A stretch of DNA of 64,000 bases from Eledone cirrhosa (lineage: Eukaryota). Positions 12,791-23,752 of the stretch are shown here, one piece after another. Made by a program: the position numbers and the translations under genes. Under the pieces are notes generated by a model. That model was not told where the DNA came from. It worked only from the letters and a program-made list of their open reading frames with translations, and did no database searches. Position 1 is the first letter of the stretch. Every line of letters starts with the position of its first letter. The stretch covers positions 40,920,001-40,984,000 of the forward strand of contig OZ024749.1 of NCBI GenBank assembly GCA_964016885.1, written 5' to 3'.

Positions 12791-13357
12791 ATCTATGTGA
12801 TTGAACGAGATACCATATATATATTTATATTCATTTTATTAAGGCTAGAGAGTTTATGACAAGCTCATCAGACAAGAACAGTGTGTGCGTTTGTGTGTGT
12901 GTGTGTGTGTGTGATTGTGTATGAGTGTATTTAATCAAGTAGCTGTTAGGTAGAGAGGGAGTGTAGTGGTGAGGGAAAAGGAGTTCATGACCTCAACAGG
13001 TCATCTTGGATTAGGTGAGGGTCAGTAAGGTCAATGAATGTATTGGCAGTATTTGGGAGGAAAGAAAGGAGAGGAGTGGCAGGTATATAGGTGGGGGGGG
13101 GGGGGGTTTAGAGGTGGTATGTACACAGCCAACATATGGGTATTTAGCACCCAAGACAAACCCTATAATCACTTTCCTCTTTTTGATTACCCTTTTTGCT
13201 CTGACCACACTAATAAAATTACCAAGGCAGCATTTTTCACTACACAGTCCACATTCATCCAAGCCTACACCAGGAAAGTCAAATATCTTTCATATATATT
13301 TCTTAATTTTCTACTATATATATATATATAGTGCCCTTCTTACTATTTATATGTATG

Positions 13358-13395
<38 letters not shown>

Positions 13396-13559
13396 CCTCA
13401 TCAATATCTTTTCAGTTACAGATCGTTGGGTTAGAGTCAAATTTGCTATTATTTCTAAATTGTCATTAAGACTATTGTCTTATCTTTTATATATATATTG
13501 TTTGCTTAAACTTTTAATCCACATTAATAATAAATATTTACTCTAAGAGTTTACATATA

Positions 13560-13590
<31 letters not shown>

Positions 13591-13732
13591 TTAAAGGTTA
13601 AACAAGGTCCAATTAATAAATCAAAGAATGAGTTTTACAATAGATTGGAAGCACTCAACGGTATTTGGTTTTCCGGAGTTATTAATATTAATTCAAAATA
13701 TTAACAAAAATAGACATTCGTGTGATCAAGTA

Positions 13733-13799
13733 TATTTTATTATACATATTTCAGAGGTACTGAGCTATCTTCAACAGTACGTCCTCATCAGATAAAATA
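13733..13799 (-). ncRNA. Minimal type-I hammerhead ribozyme motif (Penelope-like repeat)
   Basis: Minus strand: tattttat-CTGATGA-GGAcGTACTG-loop-CAGTACcTCT-GAAA-tatgtat-a-ataaaata. Helix I is 8 bp and perfect; core boxes are intact. Confidence 0.7.
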
Positions 13800-14023
13800 A
13801 GATGATGCATGACATACCCTGACATAGTAGATGGTTAAGATTCCGTCATGGTAGTGAATATGATATGACAAGACTCAATATTTATATACCTTAAGATATA
13901 TATATATATGTAGAAGTTGTATTTAATGTGTTGGAAGTCCGACAAACATAAATGCTTATAACTGATTTAGAGCACTCAACAGTTTACTGGAGTAAATATT
14001 CCATGATATTTATTTAATATCAT

Positions 14024-14062
<39 letters not shown>

Positions 14063-14393
14063 CCCTTATATATAACCCTCTCTGGATTTTGGTCTTTATA
14101 CTTATTATCACTATATATATTCATACATATATATATATATATTTATACAGAGCATAGAGGGCTCAACTGGCATACCGTCTATGGACGCATCCAAGCAACC
14201 TTACTACAAATATATATATATATATCATCACCATTTTACGTCCATTCTCCCACACTAGCATGGGTTAGACAGGAGTCCTGTAGAAGTCATTTCTATATTA
14301 AATTTTGTATATACTCTATTAATGTATTGAGTACTTCATTTACTATGGTTACCCCCGATTGAACCTGGGACTCGTATATATATACATATATAT

Positions 14394-14511
14394 ATAGGAA
14401 AAAGTATGACCCCGACCGCAGAGCTCAAGCCGTTTCGACGGCTATTTCTGGACTAGAAATAGCTGTCAAAACGGCTTGAGCTCTGCCGTTGGGAGTCATA
14501 CTTTTTCCTAT
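14394..14511. repeat. ~118-nt near-perfect palindrome at the end of a (TA)n-inserted element
   Basis: ataggaaaaagtatgac...gtcatactttttcctat with an inner gcagagctcaagccgttt/aaacggcttgagctctgc stem. Related copies at 21818-21945 and 37975-38065. Confidence 0.85.
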
Positions 14512-15244
14512 TTCCCACTCTACTACCCTAAGTATTGAGTACTCTGGTGCATTATGGTCCATCTGGTTCCTTACCACAATTCCTTTGTTATATATATATA
14601 TATATATATATATGGAGGAGGGGGGGGGGGGGGTATGAACATATGCATATATAGAAAAAGTACCAGAACTGAAAACATTATAGTACTTGGGTTCTGTTTT
14701 TGTCATTGACTTAAACCTTTTAAAGCAGTGCCCCAGCATGGTTGCAGTCTAATGGCAGGAACTAGTAGACAAATAAAAATGATAAAAACCTATATATACA
14801 CACAGGAAATTGTACAGTATACATGAAGTTTGGTGTGTCATAAACTGTGTACATATTCTCTGTTACTTCAGTGTCATATATACAGGCATGAACAGGCATA
14901 CTACACATAGACAACAACATCATCATCATAATGGCATGTATTGGACATATGAATGTGTGTATGTGCTTCTGTGTATATATATAAGTAAAAGGTAAGGGTA
15001 TATTCATCATTATCATCATCATCATTACCGTTTAATGTCAAGTTTTCCATGCTTGCATGGGTTAGACGGGTTGTCCACCCTGGGTGGCAAGTGTGGCCAG
15101 GTTTGGCCATAAACAGCACCTTGCTCCAGTGAGGACTGTAAATTTGGCTGGGTATTTTACAGTTGGATGCCCTTCCTAACACCAACCACATTTACAGGGT
15201 GGAATATATATATATATGTGTATGTATGCATGTATATATATATT

Positions 15245-15655
15245 GGGAGAGATGACCCCCTTAGCCTTTGTCAAGACAGAATTCTAGGAGAAGGAAAACT
15301 CTGATATAACACCTGCAACTCTGATGGTATCCAATGATGTTGACTTGTTCTTCTTTTTGGTAAATATCATCTTGGTTAAGAGAGTGGGACTGGCTTTGTG
15401 CAGTGCCTTTGCTCACTATAAAAGCTTCACGGCACAGGCATTGCTTTATATCTGGAGATCTCTCTGCACTTGTCGTCACATGGTACCATGGGTCCAGCAC
15501 TATGTGTCAATAATTGTCACAAGTGTAGTGTTTGTACCAGAGTTTTCAAGTCGCTGGCTGGACTAAAAAATCACACTCGTTCAGCGCATCGGTAAGGGTT
15601 CTCCTACATGGATATAAAGTAGTGGCCGTACTCGAAAACGAGTTGGCAGCCACCA
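15245..15655 (+). mobile_element. RTE-derived element ending in a C2H2 zinc finger (HKCSVCTRVFKSLAGLKNHTRSAHR*)
   Basis: C-terminal C2H2 typical of RTE-BovB ORF2 at ~15518-15594 and a (TA)n tail. A second copy lies at 22055-22203 (-). Confidence 0.65.
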
Positions 15656-16261
15656 TATATATATATATATATATATATATAATTGAAAATTAACAAACAA
15701 AACACAGGAGACAATTTGATAGTTATATTAGGTTCATATTTGGTGGAAGCGGAGGAGGTTTCAACCTTTCAGACAGAAGTCCTTCATATATATATATATG
15801 TGTGTGGCTGTCTGTTTTTGACTTACCATTGGAAAGAAAATTAATTCTATTCTTTTTATATTGCACTTTCTTGGTTTTAGAATCATTGTCTTTATTTATT
15901 TGTTTTGATGAAGATTACATATTTTATTGTAGTCTTATGCATAGAAAGTATAGAGGGAGAGTACTTTTTGGAAGGATCTTAACAATTAAGGTTTATAAGC
16001 TATTGAGACAGCAGATCAGCTAAGATAGGAGAAACCCTAAATTAGAAATGACCTCCTGGGGCAGATGTGGATCCCACACCAGAAATGAAGATAGCCCACC
16101 TAGGAGAGCAGTGACTCCGATTAAAAACAACTACACAGGGTAGACATGGACTCTGTAATCTGTAGTGAAGGCAACCCGTCTAGGAGACTAGACACTCCAA
16201 ATAAAAACTGACACAGGTTGGAGACAACTCTTGAATCTAGTAAGACAATTTCTCTAGTGCC

Positions 16262-16395
16262 GTTTTTCAGCATTGGCATTCTTTAAGTTGGCATCTATGT
16301 CATTAATATATGCAACAAACAAAAGGGGACTAAGAACAGATCCCTGTGGTACACCAGATGTCATCTCATATGGTGAAGAATGCTGAGAATGAAGG
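16262..16395 (-). mobile_element. CR1/L2-type LINE RT fragment
   Basis: Encodes SGVPQGSVLSPLLFVAYINDID. Confidence 0.8.
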
Positions 16396-18169
16396 ACTTC
16401 AACCAGTTATAAAGATCATCTCTCACACACATTACAGAGAGTTTTGTCATAATTCTTTTGTTTACACACTTACTATGTAAGGTATAAATGGTCTTTTGTT
16501 GTATTTTACTCACAAGCACATTCCCATTCACACACACACATACACAACTGTCATTGTCATCATCACCATTTAAAATCTATTTTCCATACTTACTTGGGTT
16601 TGATGGGCTGTCATGTTATGTGATCAGACAGGTCAGGTCACACTATGTGTGTATAAATATATATGCTTATGTTATATATATATATATATGTGTTTGTACT
16701 AATATATATGTGGGTGTAATAATCATTAATCTAATTCTACCATTTCTATTGCTTCCCATCAAACCCCACTCCAATGAAAGGCAAAGGCACGGTGTTTGAC
16801 ATTGTTCTTCATGGGTTAATAAGATAGGTACTAGTAATATATTACGCACACTTCACTGAGTTTATATACCTCTCCTACAAACTTTTATTTTCTATTCGGT
16901 AAACACGTGTAAGCTAGTTGGTGTTTGCGTCACTAGTGTACTAAGGGAGACTACTCTGTCTAGCTAAATCATGTCGTTTTTGTAAAAAGATTTTATCTTA
17001 TAGTAGTTCCCAAAATTATTTTGTAATGGAAACCATATCTATATTTTACACCTTCCTTTTAATAGATAATCAAATAAAACAAAATTTGTTTTAGTGAAAG
17101 ATATTTATCTCAGGAAAAAAAGTATCGACCATAATAATACGTCACCTGTTTATATATAATATATATATATATATACAAATATATATCCGTTTGTAACATT
17201 TTAACATTTATTCTCGCTAACATACACACAATGCATTTCATATCTCAGTCATGTTGCTACAATAAGAAGTTTGCTATCAAACAACAGGGTTCTGGGTTCT
17301 AGCTTCTAACCCTATCTTTGTCCCTGTAAATTGACCAGATATTTTTCAAGTAAGCTTGGGGTTCAGTGGAACACAATTTGGCAAACACTGCTTTACCCAG
17401 GACTGGTGCCTGAGTATTTAGCATCCTATTTTAGCTCAATGTGCACAACCTTCTCTCACTTATATAGCCCATTCTCCCAAATAAAACTATTTCTGTATAC
17501 AGTTTGGTAAACAGACAAACCTAGTTTTTCACACTTCTTGATCTGGCCAGTGTTTTGGTGATCCCATTCATGCCAGTCACCAACTTGGTACTTTTCTCAG
17601 ACACGCAAAGCCTAAGCTTTTTTAGAGGCAGCCTTTACTTGCCTCGTCATAGCTACATTAATGGGTTGTGAGAGTTTCCTTTGGAGTGTCACCCATTGCT
17701 TCATCTCCCCTAGTAATTTACCGTTGTTGATCTAGGGTTGCTTATATTGTAACTAGCCACCATGTCTGGTGGCCGTATCACTATCTGCAACCTGCAACCT
17801 GTCATCTAGCAAAAAAGCTCTGACCACACTAAGAAAAATCAATAAGTCTGTATTTCCCACTACACAGTCCACACTTAAACATACTAAATTATGAGACAGG
17901 TCACAACACCATATGACCTTTTCAACTGCTTTGGGTATTTTGATGTTTAGTGATTATTTATTGATCATAGTGAATTATTATATATTTAATTTCATTACAC
18001 AAATTTGTAGAAAACTATGGTCCTTTAAGGCTCAACAATACACATCACTGAGGTCTGCACCCTAGGTTGATGCCGAGTTGGCCTTAATTGAAGCACCAAC
18101 TTGGCTTTACAGTACTAACCAGATATTTGTTTCCCATGCAAGTTCATAGAAATATTTCCTTTCTGGCTG

Positions 18170-18295
18170 GGAAAAGAAATAGAATGAGATGGATGGGTTA
18201 TGTGTTGAGGAAGGATGAAAGTGACTGCGTGAGAAGACTGATGAAAATGAATGGGGAAAGAAGTAGAGGAAGAGGAAGACCAAGAAAGACATGAA
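18170..18295 (+). mobile_element. RTE LINE fragment
   Basis: RNRMRWMGYVLRKDESDCVRR..RGRGRPRKT. Confidence 0.75.
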
Positions 18296-19045
18296 GAACA
18301 GGGGATTGGCAAGAGGAGATACTGTTTTAGCAAGGAAAATGACCTTAAAATGCTTGTTAGGGCAAAAATAAACATGAAAAATATGCACACAATCAACTAC
18401 ATAAACATGTGTGTGTCATGTCTAAAGAATTTAAATATAAAGCAGAGAGGGGGGAGAGAGAGGGGGGGAACAAGGGGAGATAGAAAGAGAAAGACAGAGA
18501 GAGGGAGAGAAATAGAGAGAATAAGAGTAAGAATGAGAGAGAGAGAGAGTGTGTGTATAAAAGTGAGATTGAGAGAGAGGGAGAGGGGACTGAAATCAAT
18601 ATTTCCTGAGTTTTCTGCTGACTCCAATAAAAAAAGAAAATAGAAAGAAAAAGAGAAGAAGCCAAGACTAGACAGAAAAGAATAACAGCAACATCATCAA
18701 GAACAACTTCTTGGTTTGCTATCATCTGAAGTTGATCTGCCCGAATTGAGGTCATTCTATCACATGTCACAACCAATGAATGAGATTTCATCAGGAATTT
18801 TATTTTATTTATTTATATATTTTTTGATAGCTTTGAAATTAATTTTGCTGATATCATTTCCCATGAGCCCCCTCACCTAACGCCTTTCCCATGACCTCCA
18901 TCACCTAACCCCTTTCCATTGACCTCCTTCACCTAACTCCTTTCCCATGACCTCCTTCCCCTAACTACCTTTCACCAGTTATCAAATAAAGACATGCAAA
19001 TTTATTTCATTGTAAAAGATGTCTGCTGGTACACCAATCTCTCTC

Positions 19046-19128
<83 letters not shown>

Positions 19129-19721
19129 GTATATCTTATCCTGCATTCATCTGCCTGTTTATTTATAATTTGTAGTTTCACTTTCACTTTCTAATCTTCG
19201 GTTCATTCTTCATGTTCCTTCTGCTTCCACAGGAGCATTGGGCTGGAGGGAGATTTCAATTCCTCACGATCGCAAGTTTTTGTCACGGGCCTCTTCCCAG
19301 TCAAGGCAGGGTTAGGTCCGTGTTTGCTAGGTCTTCCTTCCTTCTTAAACTCAACAAGGTCTTGACGGTCTGCCTTACCTCATAGGCACATATTTTCTGA
19401 CTTTCACTTTTAAATATTAATGATAGTAGTAATAATTTCGATTATCGGCCAGAAGGGCCCAAGATTTTGGCGACAATACAAGGACGAATTACAACACATA
19501 ATACAGTTATAATATGAATAATTATTTTTACTGTGTACGCAGTGATTTTCTTCTTTGCCTCCTCACTCTTTAAGTGAGTGCGTTTGTGCACGTGCCACAC
19601 ATCACAAACATTATATATATATATAATAAATAACACAATATAATTATTCCATTACCAAAGTTTCAAGAAACTAGACAATTCTTACAGAAACGTCCAGTTC
19701 GTTCATCATATGAAATAGTTA

Positions 19722-19752
<31 letters not shown>

Positions 19753-19754
19753 CA

Positions 19755-19795
<41 letters not shown>

Positions 19796-19940
19796 AAGTC
19801 ATCGAAAAGTAGTAATATTGATATAATATAATAAATATATTCATTCTGCACAGCGTATTGAGTACTATCCTTTTCGTTCATGAGACCACTTAAAAATTAT
19901 TATATGGATAGATAGAGAGATAGATATATAAGTAGATGGG

Positions 19941-19975
<35 letters not shown>

Positions 19976-20079
19976 GTAGGTATATAGATAGATCGACTGA
20001 TTGATTGATTGATTGATAGATAGATAGACAAATAGACTGTCGCTTAGTGAAACAGCTACACAGAGAGATCATTATATTT

Positions 20080-20260
20080 GGATTGGCAGTATCGGTAGAG
20101 GGTCGGACGCCATGCTTTCCAGCATAGTTACGTCCCTTTACGATCTGAGTTCAAATCCCGCCGAGGTTGACTTTGCCTTTCATCCTTACGGGGTCGATAA
20201 AATAAAGTACCAGTAATGCACTGGGTAATTGCTGGCCTTGTGCCTAAAGTAGAAACAATT
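20080..20260 (+). mobile_element. tRNA-derived SINE, young short variant
   Basis: A/B boxes and core; almost identical to copies at 23570, 32075 and 61130. Confidence 0.9.
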
Positions 20261-20485
20261 ATGTTATGCTTACTGAATTACACGTAAAAGTATGTAGTAC
20301 CATCAGAGATTACAGACACGACAGAAGGTGGGAGGAGAAATAAAAACAAGTACTACGAATAAGAAAAGTAACAAACCAGAAACAGAAAAGAAAAAGGAAA
20401 ATAGTCAAATATAACACATAAATACATAATGAAAAAGAAAACAAAAGTAAATAAAAAATACAGCATCTCATGTCTTATCTTTTTT

Positions 20486-20540
20486 AACCAATCAGATTGA
20501 AGTGTTTATTGTAACCCGGTATAGTGAATTTACCGGAAGT
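20486..20540 (+). promoter_or_regulatory. Candidate NACHO proximal promoter: NF-Y CCAAT box and ETS site
   Basis: AACCAATCAG at 20486-20495 and ACCGGAAGT at 20532-20540, directly upstream of the ATG in a locally CpG-richer patch. The same AG could instead be a splice acceptor. Confidence 0.5.
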
Positions 20541-20566
20541 CGACCTAACTCGTCTTCCTCGTCAAG

Positions 20567-20677
20567 ATGGGATCCGTTGTATTGACTGTTTTGTCTGTGA
20601 CAATAGGGATATTTTTTATCTTCATTGGAACTCTGAAATTAAACTCATCTATAAGCACAGAAATCTACAGGGAAATG
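20567..20677 (+). CDS. TMEM35A: NACHO/TMEM35 exon 1 (MGSVVLTVLSVTIGIFFIFIGTLKLNSSISTEIYREM)
   Basis: aagATGG start and ATG|gtaagt donor. Matches human TMEM35A ALSVALGLFFVFMGTIKL..SKDAYSEM. Confidence 0.93.
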
Positions 20678-20754
20678 GTAAGTTCATTCTGATTAAAAGC
20701 AACTATCGTTTCTCTATCCTAAGGACATCGCAAACAAATCCCGGCCACATTTAG

Positions 20755-20834
20755 TGTGTATGTGCGTGTATGCATATACCTGTCAGTATATGAGCATACA
20801 GGTTTGCATATGTATGCGTGTGTATTTGCAGATA

Positions 20835-20879
<45 letters not shown>

Positions 20880-21410
20880 TTATATATATATGTGTGTGTT
20901 TTTATATATATATATGTGTTTGTATATATATATATATATACAAACACATATATATATATAAACACACACATATATATATGTATATGTGTGTGTTTGTATA
21001 TATATATATGTGTGTGTTTGTATATATATATGTGTGTGTGTTTATATATATATATATGTGTTTGTATATATATATATATGTTTGTGTATATGTATATATA
21101 TATATATATATGTGTGTTTGTATATATATATATATGTATGTGTGTGTTTGTGTATATATATGTGTGTTTGTGTATATATATGTGTTTGTATATATATATA
21201 TGTATGTGTTTGTATATATATATGTGTGCGTTTGTATATATGTTTGTATGTATATATATATATATATATACGCGTGTGTGTGTTTGTATATATGTGTATA
21301 TATAAATATATATTATACGTGCATGTGATTGCATATTGTGTGTGTATGAACATGTGTCTATGCATGTGCATGAGCTTATATAATATGCATTATAGGTATG
21401 TATATGTGTG
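20755..21410. repeat. Compound (TA)n/(TG)n microsatellite in NACHO intron 1
   Basis: Directly visible. Confidence 0.95.
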
Positions 21411-21650
21411 GTTTACTAAGCCTCACGACACACTAGATCTATTTAGGTCTCTGGCCAACATAGACCTACACTAGTTTCTCTTGATTCCTGATTGTTTCTG
21501 TTTTTATAATATATCGTACATTTTCTATATATGGTAATCTTTGAGAGTCTAGTCGCCGGTCGACGAATGTACAGACAGAAGAAGTGAAACTAAGTCGTTT
21601 AATCCCAACGATATATATATATACACACACACACACAATATATATATATA

Positions 21651-21778
21651 CTGATGATTTCGTTCGAATGAAACAGTTCTAGTCCTGTAGAAGCCATTTC
21701 TGTATTAAATCTTGTATATACTCTACTATGTATTGAGTACCTTACTTCCTGTGGTTAACCCCAATTGAATCCAGGACT

Positions 21779-21780
<2 letters not shown>
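21651..21780 (+). mobile_element. Penelope-like terminal repeat with hammerhead-like CTGATGA..GAAAC
   Basis: ctgatgatttcgttcgaatgaaacagttctagtcctgtagaag. Related copies at ~14275-14372 (partial), 22645-22705, 47165-47230 (-) and 63665-63725, all next to (TA)n. Confidence 0.5.
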
Positions 21781-21820
<40 letters not shown>

Positions 21821-21991
21821 AGTTGGGGCCCGACGAGAGAGCTTTTGCCGTTTTAACAGCTAATTCCAATTAGCTCAGCTATCGGACCCCGATTCTCTAA
21901 TATAGTCACACACTCTACTATCCCAAGTATCGAGTACTCTGTTGAATAATGGTCTCACTAGTTTAAAACTTGTAAAATCCTTCTCTCTCTA

Positions 21992-22056
<65 letters not shown>

Positions 22057-22365
22057 GGTGGCTGCCAACTCGTTTTCGAGCACGGCCACTACTTTATATC
22101 CATGTAGGAGAACCCCCACCGATGCGCTAAACAAGTGTGACCTCCAGTCCAGCCAGCGACTTGAAAACTCTGGTACAAACACTACACCTGTGACAATTAT
22201 TGATATATATATGTATATATATATGTATATATATATATAAATCACTGTCGAAGGACTATTTTTATCATATGTAACCCATGTGCAACCACGCAGTATTCTT
22301 TCTTCTCATGTTTTTTATATATATAATTCTGGCAATATTACACAAATATGACCCTCCCCAAGTAT

Positions 22366-22400
<35 letters not shown>

Positions 22401-22483
22401 GAAAAATTGAACGGGAACAAAACAGAGAGGCAGTACAACAAATGTTTATTAATTTCACGCTCTTGAGAGTGGGGTGGTGGTGG

Positions 22484-22522
22484 GGAACGACGTTTCGGGC
22501 ATAAGCCCTTCTTCAGGTGAAA
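22484..22522 (-). ncRNA. Minimal hammerhead ribozyme motif of the classic Penelope type
   Basis: Minus strand: cac-CTGAAGA-a-GGGC-ttat-GCCC-GAAAC-GTC. Palindromic ACGT helix III; helix I is degenerate. Confidence 0.65.
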
Positions 22523-22855
22523 ATTGTGTGGGAAGAGAGTTCAAAGGGTGTGTAGGGGAGTGGTGGAGAGACATATAGCAAAAAGGGGGTGAGAGGAAAC
22601 GGTGCAAATGAAATTAAAAATAAAGGCATGATCAATTAGTTGACTTTCTTGATTATTTCAAACGAATGAAATAGTTCTAGCCCTGTAAACTTCACTTCTA
22701 TATTGAATAAACTATATATAAGAAACTGAGGTTTTTTTACAAAATGAAAAATAACCGAGGTGTCCTACACGAGTGAAAGTATAAAGAAAAAAAAAGATGA
22801 AATCGAAAATGCAACTGGAGTCTTATTTAAAAATATATATATATATTTATTTGGT

Positions 22856-22896
22856 TCCTTTACCGGTTTCGCAGTTCTTCTGCTTTTCAAAAGTAG
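22856..22896 (-). ncRNA. Degenerate hammerhead motif
   Basis: Minus strand: ctt-TTGAAAA-GCAG-aagaa-CTGC-GAAA-CCGG-TA-aag. Two substitutions in the CUGANGA box. Confidence 0.45.
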
Positions 22897-23569
22897 AGTG
22901 GCTTTTCTCACATATATAGTTTCGACTATACCTCATAGATCTACTCAGTAAATTAATATACATCGAGTACTACTTTAATCTGTGCTCTCCTCTGTCTTCC
23001 AACAGTGAACTATAATATATATAGTTATTCTGTTCCTCGCAGTAATGGGCCCATCGCCCCTAATGGTACTAAACCATACAAATCTATTCCAGTTGAGCGA
23101 CTGATGAGGGCAGAGCTATAGATGGTGTTAGTTGTATTTCGCCATATATATTTATATATATTTGTTTCCCCGCTTCTGCAGGGGTGGTGGTGGTGGTGCA
23201 CATTTGGTCAATTTAATTGTAATGATTAGTTTAGCTGTTATTATCAAATGTCAACCAAGATATAAAAAACTTCGTTATGCAATAAACATATACATAAATT
23301 GTAGTGCATATACAAATAGATGTATGTTTTGGTAGTTTGGTGAGAAAAATATAATTATTGGTGGCGCCATGGACCCTCTCCCCTAGTTCCATTACCCTTG
23401 TTCTCGTGCAAGAAATTTGGTTTTATATTTATGTGTGTGTATATACACACATACATACGCACACACATATATATTTATATACACACGCACACATATATAT
23501 AGCGAGCAGCGAAAACGGACGCAAAATGATGATGATGATTATGATGAAAGAGTGAGGGAGATGATAATT

Positions 23570-23752
23570 ATTTCTACTTTAGGCACAAGGCCAGCAAATA
23601 CCCAGTGCATTACTGGTACTTTATTTTATCGACCCCGTAAGGATGAAAGGCAAAGTCAACCTCGGCGGGATTTGAACTCAGATCGTAAAGGGACGTAACT
23701 ATGCTGGAAAGCATGGCGTCCGACCCTCTACCGATACTGCCAATCCACCGAC
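23570..23752 (-). mobile_element. tRNA-derived SINE, young short variant, NACHO intron 1
   Basis: Reverse complement of the 20080 copy. Confidence 0.9.

Noticed and set aside
15518-15594. C2H2 zinc-finger transcription factor exon
   Set aside because: Single finger followed by a stop and (TA)n tail, and duplicated at 22055-22203; it is an RTE C-terminus.
18687-18756. Scramblase-like N-terminal exon (MTSIRADQLQMIANQEVVLDDVA)
   Set aside because: Weak splice sites and phases incompatible with neighbouring candidates; the resemblance is subjective.
20080-20165. tRNA genes
   Set aside because: A and B boxes are present but too far apart, with no cloverleaf; they are SINE heads.
20513-20540. 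miR-100-like sequence (aacccggta..)
   Set aside because: Only the first few bases match, and the stem is just 6 bp.
20524-20754. ORF-track 76-aa ORF
   Set aside because: Wrong frame; the overlapping frame starting at 20567 encodes NACHO exon 1.
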